DNA of 64,000 nt from Octopus sinensis (taxonomy: Eukaryota): the NCBI RefSeq assembly GCF_006345805.1, contig NC_043013.1, positions 47,430,001 to 47,494,000 of the forward strand, written 5' to 3'. A program made the translations under genes and the position numbers. A model generated the notes under the pieces. It searched no databases and had not been told where the DNA came from. It saw nothing but the letters and a program-made list of their open reading frames with translations. Positions 50,970-63,167 of the stretch are shown here, piece by piece (position 1 is the first letter of the stretch; each line of letters begins with the position of its first letter).

Positions 50970-51540
50970 TCATACATACATACACACATACATACACACA
51001 TACATACACACATACATACACACATCCACATACATACATACATACACACATACATACACACATCCACATACATACATACATACATACACACATACATACA
51101 CACATACATACACACATACATACACACATCCACATACATACATACATACACACATACATACACACATACATACATAATACATACATACACACATACACAC
51201 ATACATACACACATACACACATACATACATACACGCATACATACATACACACATACACACATACATGCATACATACATACACACATACACACATACATAC
51301 ATACATACATACATACATACACACATACATACATACATACATACATACATACATACACACACACATACATACACACATACATACATACATACGTACATAC
51401 ATACAAACATACATACATACATTCATACATACATACATACATACATACATAATAAATACATACATATACACATACATACACACACATACATACATATATA
51501 CATACATACATACATACATACATACATACACACACATACA
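50970..51540. repeat. (CATA)/(CACA) compound microsatellite
   Basis: Direct inspection. Confidence 0.95.
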
Positions 51541-52069
51541 CACCAAAAAGATATATAAATATCTTAGAAAAATAGACACTTTTTCAATAGGCTCAGCAGT
51601 ATTTTATTGTGATATATTCTGTACATAACTGTAAACTATACATAATTACAAGCATTTAGCGCTGGTTATTAAAACACATAAGGAACAGCTTAAATTAGGC
51701 CATTTTAAATATCTCTCGGGCCTCTTAAAGACACCTCACTGACGTATGTACGTATGTGTGTGTGTGTGTGTGTGTGTATACATATACTATTGTAAGTATG
51801 TATATTTATATAAAACCTGATAATGATTAATGATGGACTGGCGTTTTATTCAATCAACCATGCAAATCCTTTTAATCGCCTGGGGCCAATGTGTTAAATT
51901 AATTATCTGTATATATGTGGGGTGCGATGGGTGTGTCTGCAGTTATATATCTATATATGCGTATGTGTGTGTATATAAAAGTACATATTTATGTATGTAT
52001 ATATAATCATATATACATAAAAATATACATATACATATGCATATATGAGCGATTTTACACCTCACTACA

Positions 52070-52107
<38 letters not shown>

Positions 52108-52340
52108 CATATATATGTGTGTATATGTAAGTATACACACGCACGTGTATGTGTGTGAGTGTGCGTATGTGCTTACATGCAAATAAATATTTTGCACTTT
52201 GGCTTATTGCGATTCAGCGAATAAGCATTGTTGATTGAATTGTCGCTAATCCCAGATTAATGATGCATTTATCGACCCTTGAATGATGAAAGTCAAAGAC
52301 ATTTCTCTTGGAATGTAGAATGAAAGATTGACGACAGGTG

Positions 52341-52379
<39 letters not shown>

Positions 52380-53076
52380 GCAAAAAAATACAAACTGGAC
52401 AAGAACGTAAAACATTTAGAAGACACTTTAAATACACGGACGGGATATTCGAAGCCTTCAATCTTCAGTCAAGAACCGGATCATCCTCGCAATTTCGGCT
52501 GATTAATCTTGAGATCGCTCCGATCCGGCCAGCCCCAAGGTAAAACTAAGTTACGAGCATTAGATTTCTTGGAAAAAGGATCGAATGTATACGAAACAAG
52601 GACAAAAAACGGACGATGCCACACGAATATAAATAAAAAAAGCAATAATTGTAATAACAGGACAAAAACAGCGGGTGTCTTACGACTAATAGACAGTACA
52701 ACTTAGTTTAGCTGGCGTATTTGGAAAAAAATGCCTTTATCGGCAGACGAAGACAACGATGTTCTCATGGCGCTGGTTAGAAGCCGAAAGGCTGGTTGAC
52801 CAGCGGTCACGTGAGAGGAGAAGAGAGAGAAAAACAAGGGGGCAAAGGAATCAAAGGGAGAAGAAAAAGAGGGACGAAGGCACCAAAGGGGGGAGAAGAG
52901 GGAGAAAGAAGGAATTAAAGAGGGGAGAAGAAAGAGAGCGTGCCAAGGATTGGCTTGGACAGAATCAGTGAGGTGCAAAGTGAGAAAGACAGAGATATGT
53001 GAAGAGTGGGGGAAGAGTAGACCAAAGAATCAGAGGCAAGAAAGAGAAAAGGTGGAGGATATATAATATTATATAT

Positions 53077-53107
<31 letters not shown>

Positions 53108-53282
53108 GTATGTATAAATTATATTATATATGTATGTATAAATTATATATATTATAGTATGTATAAATGATATATATATATATATGTATGTATAAATTAA
53201 TAATAAATATTAGGGAATAAATCCCAACTTACAGGGAAAAATCAGATTTAGGATTTAATCCAATTTTATAGTAAAATATTAT

Positions 53283-53670
53283 ATTATATTAAATTAGAGA
53301 TAAAACCACTATTAGGCAAATCATACAATGAAAAATTTAAGCCAATACATAAGATTATTTAATTTATATTATTTAAATATATAACAAAATTATTTAAAAA
53401 ATATAAATAATATAACACTACGATCGTTTCATGGCTGTTAATTTCTTGAAATTTTCGAGTTACAGTTAAATATTTAAACCACCTGATGAATGACTGTAAC
53501 TCGAAAATTTCAAGAAATTAACAGCCATAAACGATCGTAGTGTTATATTATTTATATTTTTTTAATAATTTTGTTTATATTTAAATAATATAAACTAATA
53601 ATCTATGTATTGGCTTAATTTTTCATTGTATGATTTGCCTAATAGTGGTTTTTATCTTATTTAATATAAT
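53283..53670. repeat. ~180-bp-arm foldback with a 26-bp spacer, derived from a Penelope-type terminal repeat
   Basis: Arms 53283-53466 and 53493-53670 are reverse complements apart from a few indels. Confidence 0.85.
53476..53544 (+). ncRNA. Type I hammerhead motif (G12 deleted in this copy)
   Basis: AACCAC-CUGAUGA-AUGACUGU...ACAGCCAU-[G]AAAC-GAUC-GUA-GUGUU. The missing G is present in the inverted arm (53415-53440 on the minus strand). Confidence 0.6.
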
Positions 53671-53701
53671 TAACATATATATAATATATATATATATATA
53701 T

Positions 53702-53732
<31 letters not shown>

Positions 53733-53919
53733 TGTGTATGTATAACAACACACACAACACACACACATATAATATATATATATATATATTATATATATAA
53801 TATATGTACTGAATCAAAAGCTCTTTTAAAGTCTACATAGATATGATAGCATTCCTGGTATGGCTCTTAACTTCTTCTCTATCAGTCTTCGAAGTGTGAC
53901 AAGGTGAGATGTTTGACCG

Positions 53920-54490
53920 TCCTGATCTGAATCCATTTTGATTTGGTCGCAAGGAATGATGATGAAAATATTTAAAGCATATGATATTCCACCAAGAATT
54001 CTGAGAGCAATAAGTAAGCTGTATGAGAACACCAGAGCGAAAGTGATCAGTCCTGATGGAGAAACGAAATACTTTGAAGTCAAAGTCGGAATATTACAAG
54101 GCGACACGCTAACACCTTATCACTTCGCCATCGTTCTGGGGTACGTAATGCGTGGAATGTACGAGGGTAAGGAAGAAGAACTGGGATTCAGACTGCATAG
54201 GCAAAGAAGTAGACGGCATCAAGCAGTAACAGTAACTGACCCAGACTATGCTGATGACTTGGCATTACTAACAGAGAGGACAGATCAGGCACAGAAGTTG
54301 CCGAGCAGAATAAAGTAGGAATCGGGGAAGGTAGGATTATACGGTAAAGTAAAGAAAACAGAGCTGCAAGTATTCAAACACGAAATGTCTGTGTCAGCGA
54401 AAATGAGAGACAGTAAGTCGCCCAAGGTAGCTGGAAACTTCAAATACATTGGTGCATGGACACAAAGTACTGAAAAATACATTGTATGCA
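53920..54490 (+). pseudogene. RTE-clade LINE reverse-transcriptase fragment
   Basis: ORF 53938-54318 reads AYDIP...GILQGDTLTPYHF...DPDYADDLALL (YADD at 54247-54258) and continues past a stop to FKYIGAW. Confidence 0.85.
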
Positions 54491-54758
54491 TTTAAATATA
54501 TATATATGCATGCATGTATGTATTTGTGCCTCTGTGACTAAGAACATATGTACCTGATTTGCATTCCAACTGATGATTGGCAGTTGTTGAAAAATATTCA
54601 ACTATATAGTAACTATAAAGAATAGTTTTCTATAATAGTATATGAATATAAATTCAACAATTCAAAGCTGATGAGCAATGCAGAAACAAATATTGTGATC
54701 TAATGTTGAATCCTGATATATCCGAAAGCCTTGAGTTATATTATCCTCATGTACACGT

Positions 54759-54789
<31 letters not shown>

Positions 54790-54792
<3 letters not shown>

Positions 54793-54982
54793 GATAGATT
54801 GTTAGCCACTACACACATTTTTTCTCTCCTTGTTTCTCCCCTAGTTTTTTCTGTCCCTTTCTGTAGAAGAGCGTAGGCTCGAAACGTAAAAGACTTTTTC
54901 TATTCCTGAACGTTATACTAATACATCTGTTTGTTTTGTACACCACCTGTCTTCGTCTTTTGTTTTTTTTTTCGTAAACTCT

Positions 54983-54986
<4 letters not shown>
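54790..54986 (+). mobile_element. ~200-bp non-coding element between TA/CA repeat tracts carrying a hammerhead-like fold
   Basis: 54857-54892: CUUU-CUGUAGA-A-GAGC/GUAG/GCUC-GAAAC-GUA-AAAG. Confidence 0.5.
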
Positions 54987-55023
<37 letters not shown>

Positions 55024-55156
55024 TAAATGTGACTAGGGTGTTAGGGAACAACTACATTGCAAGAAATAAGAGCTAAACCTAGTGCTATAGTTAACGCGCA
55101 TGAATGAAAACGTATACACAAACAGGGATCAGAGTCGTCTGAAAAGTGGCGATCGA

Positions 55157-55213
55157 ACATCCTTAATACTGACGTCTGTTTCCGCAAGTTCTGTGGCCTC
55201 GTCAGTTAAGATC
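55157..55213 (-). ncRNA. Complete type I hammerhead topology with partly decayed stems
   Basis: CUUAA-CUGACGA-GGCCA/CAGAAC/UUGCG-GAAAC-AGACGUCA-GUA-UUAAG. Confidence 0.7.
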
Positions 55214-55520
55214 GATAGATTGCTCGGCTCTTTGAGGACTCGCTTCTCCATTAGTGTTTATGTTTTCGTCATCCAAATTATTTGCTGATTTAGTGAATCG
55301 CTAATGTGTATATACAAAGGGAATATAAACAGCAGCTTGCAATGTTTCACCAAAAAGGAACAATTATAATTGGCACCAGATGTGACTAAAGTATTAGGAA
55401 ACACCAGCATTGCTAGAAATAATAGCTGAACGGCTTTAATGGTGTAGTTAACGCACATGAATGTAAACATATACACTAACAAGAGGGATCATTGCGTCTG
55501 AAAAGTGCCGAACGAGCGAT

Positions 55521-55561
55521 CTTAACTGATGAGGCAACAGGAATTGCCGAAACTGACGTCA
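55521..55561 (+). ncRNA. Type I hammerhead with perfect core and stem II, truncated before the cleavage triplet
   Basis: CUUAA-CUGAUGA-GGCAA/CAGGAA/UUGCC-GAAAC-UGACGUCA, then unrelated sequence. Confidence 0.7.
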
Positions 55562-55609
55562 AAATTTAGAATTCTCAATTGGCACTTTATATATATATAT
55601 ATATATATA

Positions 55610-56404
55610 CAGGGTTTGGACAAAATAATGGAAACATCTAACATCATAGCATCATAATTTTAAAATATCTGTAAAACCGTCAAAAGTTTGTTTATTTTTA
55701 TGCTTTTTGATTTATTATTAGAGTTGCTTAATATGTTTTGCTAAAATTGCTGTTTCTTTTCAGATATCATCAGAAAAAGGTAATTAAAATTCATTAAAAT
55801 AACAGATCTATTGGACTTTCCAAGAGGTCAAATTGTTGCTGCTCGTATGGTAGGCACTAGCGTAACAAAAATATCCGAAATGTTTGACGTATCAAGAAGA
55901 ACTGTCTCGAAAGTAATGGCAGCCTTTAAGAAAGAGGGAAAAACCATCTCGTCGAAACAAAACTCCGAAAGAAAACCAAAACTTTCAGATAGGAACCGTA
56001 GGACTCTTACGCGAATTGTTAGAAAGGATCACAAAAGTACAGCTCCCAAAATTACTGCAGAGCTTGATGACAACCTCGAGAACCCAGTTTCTACAAAAAC
56101 TGTTCGTCGGGAGCTGCACAAAGCCGGATTTCGTGGGAGGGCTGCAATTAGAAAACTACTGCTTTCAAAAACAAACGTTGCAAACGTTTGGAGTGGGGTA
56201 AAAACCTAGAGTAGTGGAAGTATGTTTTCTTGGACAAGTCATCCTTTACCTTATTTCTAACCACCGGCCAAGTATACGTATGGAGACAGCCAAAAGAAGC
56301 ATTTTACCCAGACTGTCTTCTTCCAACGGTTAAACATGGAGGGGGATCTGTGATGATCTGAGGGGGTGTATCTTGGAATCCGCCAGCCCAATGGTTTCCC
56401 TTCA
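55610..56404 (+). mobile_element. 5' half of a Tc1 transposon (TIR plus transposase N-terminus)
   Basis: TA|CAGGGTTTGGACAAAATAATGGAAACA left TIR. ORF 55811-56209 has an HTH region (GQIVAARMVG...KPKLSDRNRRTLTRIVRKD). After a frameshift it reads VFLDKSSF...PTVKHGGGSVMI*GG, then is truncated at (TA)n. Confidence 0.85.
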
Positions 56405-56654
56405 TATATATATATATATATACATATATACTTCCCGAGCATCAAACTAATGCCCGTGCTTGTTCCTCCCTCACATGTCTTTGTCTATTGTGGGCCCGAA
56501 AAGTCAAACACAAATGCAGTATAAAACGGTCTGGAATTGTCAAGGACAAGCTTCAAAATTTCTAAATTTGAATAAAATAAATAAACTATGATAAACACAT
56601 TAGAAATTGTACAATATGAACAAAATGAAGATAATGATTTTTATTATTATTTTT

Positions 56655-56798
56655 TATTTTTATTTAGTTTCAGCTCACATGCTATGGCCATGCTAGGGCA
56701 CCGCCATTTGGTGCTGCTACATGATTTTACATCACGAATGCTTTTTAGCAAATGCCATCTGGTGCATGAGAGAGTTCGATGCAGCTGCCCTCATCTGC
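56655..56798 (-). mobile_element. Second 3' end of the CR1-group LINE
   Basis: Minus strand reads CAGATGAGGGCAGCTGCATCGAACTCTCTCATGCACCAGATG (QMRAAASNSLMHQM)...GGCGGTGCCCTAGCATGGCCATAGCATGTGAGCTGAAAC, homologous to 27937-28062. Confidence 0.7.
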
Positions 56799-56829
56799 AA
56801 TATTATTATTATTATTATTATTATTATTA

Positions 56830-56906
<77 letters not shown>

Positions 56907-56909
<3 letters not shown>

Positions 56910-57055
56910 TAGTTTTATTTTTATAGCGTGCTTTCACTTCACTACCGAGCGCAGCTCTATGTGCCTTGGGTATGTGTTGTGATTTGTTGTGTTGCTCTGA
57001 TGGTTACTGTATTGAAAGTGTTTTGCGTAGGATGTGTGCAGTGCCCAGTAGTGCA
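56907..57055 (-). mobile_element. Extreme 3' end of a Dong/R4-like LINE between (AAT)n tracts
   Basis: Reads IALLGTAHILRKTLSIQ* followed by a short UTR and an (AAT)n tail. Confidence 0.65.
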
Positions 57056-57075
57056 ATTATTATTATTATTATTGT

Positions 57076-57175
57076 NNNNNNNNNNNNNNNNNNNNNNNNN
57101 NNNNNNNNNNNNNNNNNNNNNNNNNNNNNNNNNNNNNNNNNNNNNNNNNNNNNNNNNNNNNNNNNNNNNNNNNNN
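57076..57175. other. Assembly gap (100 N)
   Basis: Run of exactly 100 N, probably a placeholder length. Confidence 0.95.
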
Positions 57176-58186
57176 AGAAAAGACAACATTGCCTGGTATA
57201 TAAAAACATTCCACAGGGCCACTATTATTGGAAGTATGAAGGTCAGTCTTGTGTAGGATGGAGGATTGCAAACAAAACGCACTGTACAAGGACTTGAGAA
57301 TCAATGAAACTGAAAATAGGTGAATAAAGAAAGGAATGCATGGACAATGTCATAGGGATGTTGAAGATAAGCCAGAGAAAAACGATGGCATGGGATGACT
57401 AAAAGTGATTTAAAACCGGAAACGAAAGCTCTAATCTGCGCTGCCCAAGAGCAAGCATTAAGAACTAATTACATCAAATACAGAAAGTGATAAGTGCAGA
57501 ATTTGTGGAGAAAATGGTGAAACCGTATGGCATATTACCAGTCAATGTATGCCACTAGTCCAGAAAGAACATAAATGAAGTCATGACAAAATAGCAAGGA
57601 TTCTCCATTGGACACTTTGCAACAAATGTGGACTTGATAGAGCAAAACAGTGGTACGAACATAATGTCGAAAACATCATAATTATGCCTTCTTTTGCATC
57701 ATTTGATGCATATCAAAAATGATAATGTAAAGCTCCTATGGGATTTTGTGATACAGTGCGACCATGAGATACAGAATATGAAGCCAGACATGCTATTAAT
57801 TGAGAAAGAAAGCAAACAATACTGGATCATAGATATAGCATGCCCAGCTGACAACAAGGTATATGATAAGGAAGAAAGAAAAGTCGATAGATATAACAGG
57901 TTAGCTTGGGAAGTTAAGCAGTTGCGGTCGCTGAAAAAGGTGGTAGTAGAACCAATACTTGTCGGAGTTCTGGGAACAGTGAGTAAAAATCTTGAAAAGT
58001 ATATGGAACAAATAGGGGCTGCAATAAGGGTGGAGCACTTGCAGAAAACATCACTACTGGAAACCATTCGAATACTCCGGATGGTGCTCGAAAAATAAGG
58101 TGTGTTACATTATTACACTGGTAGTGAACAGCTGGAACCTTAGTACATCTCTAGCGTTAGAATCTGTGCAAAGACAAGAAGGGGTA
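57176..58186 (+). pseudogene. Dong/R4-like LINE C-terminus: CCHC knuckle and restriction-like endonuclease
   Basis: Reads KKGMHGQ, LKPETKALICAAQEQALRTNYIK, CRICGENGETVWHITSQC, then ORF 57694-58098 (LWDFVIQCDHEIQNMKPDMLLIEK...IIDIACP...ILRMVLEK*). A (GAA)n tract follows at 58187-58353. Confidence 0.85.
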
Positions 58187-58479
58187 GAAGAAGAAGAAGA
58201 AGAAGAAGAAGAAGAAGAAGAAGAAGAAGAAGAAGAAGAAGAAGAAGAAGAAGAAGAAGGAGGAGGAGGAGGAGGATGCGAAGAAGAAGAAGAAGAAGAA
58301 GAAGAAGAAGAAGAAGAAGAAGAAGAAGAAGAAGAAGAAGAAGAAGAAGAAGAAGACACAGCTCTGTGCTGAATAACAACATGGATGTATTAAACCGGAC
58401 TCTCCATTCAAAAACAAATCTAATCAAATAACATCGGTGGAATGGGATAAAGGAACCTGTGGAAGACTTGAAGGAAGCG

Positions 58480-61010
58480 GCATTTTAAAGAAAATAATCC
58501 CCAAAACGAAATTTTACTGCCAGAGTTTCTCCTAAACGTGATGTCTCAGTGAAACATATGCGAAACAGACTCATGAAATCAACATCGGAAAGCTTACTAA
58601 TTATAAAATATAAATGGGACAAAACTGTAAATACATAAATTGATTTCTTACACATACACTCGAATGTCTGCTGAACCATATATACATTTTAATACCCATA
58701 GAACTACACATACGTCCCAATGTTCACACAACTACGTGAAATTTACAGGAAGCACATACATGCATATGAAGACACGTGTCACAAACGAAGCAAAAAAAAA
58801 CAACAAAAAAAACAAACAAAGCAAAACAATTTTTTTTATTTTTCGAACTAATACAAACAGAGTGAACAATTCATAATTTTAAAGCACCACAAAAAACTAT
58901 ACCGAAGATAAATCTATCAACAAAATAAATACAGATCTATTAGCCTTAGGAAGTTACGTTACGAGCACTGTTTTCATTCAGAGAACTCGGAGGTTGTGTT
59001 GTCTCAAAAAATTAACCTTAAACAGACAGGTCCTCCCCCTGATGTCAACGTCCAAGCTCGTCATCCCTCAATGATAACAAAGCAAAATACGAACCGAATC
59101 TGCCATCACCAAGCTAATGATGTTAATATTACAGATCCCAACCAACTGTACTATGCATCCGCGAAAATCTCAACAATTCTATGTGGTGAAAAGATTAGAA
59201 AACGACAACATTCCCGCAAAAAGCCTACATGACAAGAGCATATTCAGACTAAATTCAGCTACTTAGGTCTGACATAGAATGTCTAAAAATCCTTAAGCTT
59301 GACAGGACTATCAAACCAACAAAAATCTGAAAATTAAAGAAAAAATATATGAAAACCATTGATAGCATCATAGTAACTATCAAGCAAAAGGTATGTACTA
59401 AAACAGCCTGCATAACAAGGCATGGAAAGCGCGTTACATTCTTCAAGGACAACAACATGTTCAAAAATAACCCCAAAAAGTTTTACAGGAAGATAGACAA
59501 AATACCAGATATAGTAAAGTCTGTCCCATGGAGGAATTTGGGAATAAAACTGGGTAGAAGAAAAAACACACAATGAAAAAACTCCTTGGATTGATAGAAT
59601 ATCTACAGACTTAGACTCTCTAGAAGAGTAACAATGGGAGGTTATCAAGGTAGAGGATGTAAGATTTGCTCTCAGGAGGTCAAGCTAATGGAAGTCTCCA
59701 GAAAAGGATAAAATTCTTAACTTTTGGTTGAATGCCTTCCCAGAGAATTATGAGCTGTTAACAAAATTTGACAACAATGTTTTGCAACAAACTAGTATGA
59801 TCCCCTATAGGCTAGTTAATGGTGTAACATTCCTACTTCTAAAAAAGGAAGAAACAAATGAACCAAAACATAAAAGACCCACAACCTGCGTAGCAACAAA
59901 GTATAAAATGCTAACATCTGTCTTGACTGAATATTCCCATAGTTTTTTAATAGAAAGTGGCATATTCCCTAATGGCCAAAAAAGGTGTAAACGTGGGTCC
60001 TATGGTTGTAAATATCATCTACTCATCGATAAGATAATATTTTGGAAGATTGTCACAAACAAAACAAATACTTGTCGATAGTGTGGGTAGACTATAAAAA
60101 AGCTTATGATAGTCTACCACATAGCTGGATTAAGAAATGTCTGAAAACATTTAAAATAGCACCTACTCAGCGAAACTTCTTGTCTGTGAGTATGAGATCA
60201 TGGAGAGCCACACTGACTATGAACAGTGACAATGAATCTCTCAATGCTCTCAAAGAATTTCATGTGGCATTTTTCAGAGTGAGTCTATATTACCACTCCT
60301 CTTTTCTCTAACCTTAATGCCTCTCTCGAAATTACTCGATAAGTACAATGCGGCTATAAAATGTTTGGTAAAAATATAAATCCTCTCATTTACATGGATG
60401 ATTTAAAGCTCTTTGCAAAACATGACCGACGACTACAGAGCTTACTAGCGATTGTTAAACAATTCAGTGATGACATCCGGATGCAACTTGGCCTCGATAA
60501 ATGTGCAAAAGCTACATTTATCAAAGGAAAATGACGGAAACATCCAACGTTAATCTTGATGAACAGAATGTCGTAAAGGAGTCAGAACCAGCGGAAAGCT
60601 ACAAATACCTAGAGGTATTTGAAGGGGATGGAATCAAACATTCAGGGATGAGCGAAAGGATCAGAAGAAAATGTCGCAGGGTAAGAGCAATACTCAAGAC
60701 AGAGCTGAATGCGAGAAACAGGATCGAAGCGATCAATACTTCAGCCATACCGGTTGTGACTTACAGTTTCAATATCATTAACTGGTCAATTACAGAAATA
60801 TGTAATCGTGACAGAAAGATACGAAAATTGTTGACAATGCATAGAATGCAGATATAGAATGACTTTTACAACTGTAATTAACAATGAAGATAGCCACAAT
60901 TGGCCTAGTCACCTTACCTGAAAAACTCAGATGACTGGGTGTTAAAACTTGTCTCAAAGCATGAAAACAAGAAAGCATTATACCAAGTAACAAAACAGGC
61001 AAAGGAATAT
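58480..61010 (+). pseudogene. Dong/R4-like LINE N-terminal region and reverse transcriptase (decayed)
   Basis: Reads FKNNPKKFYRKI, WKSPEKDKILNFWL, KRPTTC, QKRCKRGSYGCK, WVDYKKAYDSLPHSW, YMDDLKLFAK (YMDD at 60391-60402), LGLDKC, SYKYLE and RNRIEAINTSAIPVVTYSF with many stops and frameshifts. Confidence 0.9.
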
Positions 61011-61159
61011 TGATATGGATGTGCCTCCTTGCGATTCTAAGAGATCTTAACTCGTATTTTTAGCAATATAGGCGCTATTTAGCACTCTCAGTCACAATTA
61101 GAGACAAATGAATTTTTCCTTTTTGGTTTTATATCGCACATAGATACCTTCGTTATTTT

Positions 61160-61550
61160 GTGTGTCTGTATGTGTGTGTTCGTATTTACGACAATCAGCG
61201 TTAGTATTCATGACAATCGTCTTTGTAAGCTATTGCTTCGGCAGAAGGAACGATAAAATATGTACCTGACTTGATAAATTAAGTGCTGAGGTCGCTTTGT
61301 TCGACTGTCCTCATTCAAAGCAATGCCCCAGTCTGGCCACTGTAATTCAATGACTGAAACACGTAAAAGATGATTGATATATATATATATATATATGGCG
61401 TGGGGGAGACAAACGTGGGGGAGACAAACGTGGGGGAGACAAACACAAACAGATACACAAAAATATTACACGCACACACACCTGCACACACACACATATA
61501 TGCACAGACACACACCCACACCTGCACATACACACACACCTGCACACATG

Positions 61551-61586
<36 letters not shown>

Positions 61587-61742
61587 CATGACAAGCTTCT
61601 TTCAGTTTCCGTTTACTGAATCCACCTACAAGGCTTTGGTCGGCCCGCAGCTATAGTAGAAGACACTTGCCCAAGGTGCCACGCAGGGGACTGAACCCAG
61701 AACCATGTGGTTGGGAAACAAGCTTGTTACCACACAGCCAAG
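61160..61742. mobile_element. Two family B SINE fragments (+ at 61160-61372, - at 61395-61742)
   Basis: Family B tail on the plus strand. Family B head on the minus strand, with a 15-bp triplication GTGGGGGAGACAAAC at 61400-61444. Confidence 0.7.
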
Positions 61743-61879
61743 CCTACACCGATATAGCCACTAAAAGCGAAAACTTCGAGTATTTTACGATCAAGTGGAG
61801 AATATTAGAACACACAAATATAACATACGCAATTGATATAACAACATCCTTACTTGGAAAAGATTGCCTTGTTATGCTA

Positions 61880-62285
61880 AAAGATCGCCGTGGCACTCCG
61901 TCGGTTACGGCGACGAGGCTTCCGGTTGATCCGATTGGAACAGCTTGCTCGGAACGGAACAGCCTGCTCGTGAAATTAACGTGTAAGTGGCTGATCACTC
62001 CACAGGCACGTTTACCCTTAACGTAGTTCTCGGGGAGATCCAGCGTACTCAGTGTGACAAAGCTGACCCTTTGAAATACAGGTACAACAGAAACAGGATG
62101 AAAGAGCGAGAGAAAGTTGTGGTGAAAGAGTACAGCAGGGTTCCCACCCCACTCCCTGCCAGAGTCTCGTGGAGCTTTAAGTATTTTCGCTCAATAAACA
62201 CTCACAACGTCCGGTCTAGGAATCAAAACCGCGATCCCACGACCGCGATTCCGTTGCCCTAAGCACTGGGACATTGCACCTCCAC
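61880..62285 (-). mobile_element. SINE family D (tail D2)
   Basis: Same head and body as 24530-24720, but a different 3' half ending ...CGTAACCGACGGAGTGCCAC. Confidence 0.75.
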
Positions 62286-62507
62286 ATGTTACAAGACACT
62301 TCACTAATCTCAAAATCAGATTTAGGCTAAGCTACCTGTGAAACAATCTGTACGTTTAAAGTGTAATGATCTAAAATAAAAGAAGACCGTAAAATACTTC
62401 ATAAAATTCAGTCATAATTAGATCCACTATTTTTCTCACCTTTAATTTCACATTTTATAAATACAACTTACCATCACTTGACGCCCCGATACACTGTGAC
62501 AATTTAA

Positions 62508-62716
62508 ATTAAAATTTTGGTGCAAGGCGAGCAATTTCAGGGGAGGCAGTAAGTCAATTACATCGTTCCCTGTACCCAGCTGGTACTTCTTTATCGATCC
62601 CGAAAGGATTAAAGGCAAAGTCGATCTCGACGAAATTCGAACTCATAACGTAAAGACGAACGAAATGCTGCTAAGCATTTGGCCCAATACGGTAACGATT
62701 CTGCCAGCTCACTGCT
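62508..62716 (-). mobile_element. SINE family A (tail A2)
   Basis: Reverse complement of the head, core and tail. Confidence 0.75.
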
Positions 62717-62928
62717 TGACACTGTGACAATGTGAAGCGCCTTGAATGACGGGCACATACATGTTTTGAGAATAGGATCCTCTGATATTTGCCCAATCAG
62801 CATCTTCGTCTTTTAGACCCCACCCCTCCCCAAAAAAAGAACAAAACTCCAAAATATATAGAACACTACTTCCGTAGCAAAAGTCTTATTACTACCATCA
62901 CTGCACTTTTGATAACCATATGTATTTA

Positions 62929-62934
<6 letters not shown>

Positions 62935-62987
<53 letters not shown>

Positions 62988-62989
62988 CA

Positions 62990-63020
<31 letters not shown>

Positions 63021-63109
63021 AATTATTATTATTATTATTATTATTATTATCATCATCATCATCATCATCATCATCATTATCATTATTATTATAATTATTA
63101 TTATTATTA

Positions 63110-63167
<58 letters not shown>

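Larger units (their letters stand above)
55021..55561. mobile_element. Non-coding ~353-bp repeat unit with two hammerheads (retrozyme-like or Penelope-derived)
   Basis: 55027-55155 is a diverged direct repeat of 55380-55514 (offset 353). 55157-55265 is an inverted copy of the hammerhead-bearing segment. Confidence 0.7.

Noticed and set aside
52436-52470. Minus-strand CUGAAGA...GAAU motif in a repeat at 52380-53050
   Set aside because: GAAA is GAAU and stems I and III do not pair convincingly. The surrounding block may be Penelope-related, but I cannot support that.
57004-57304. ORFs spanning the N run
   Set aside because: Artefacts of translating across an assembly gap. The flanks are different LINE pieces on opposite strands.
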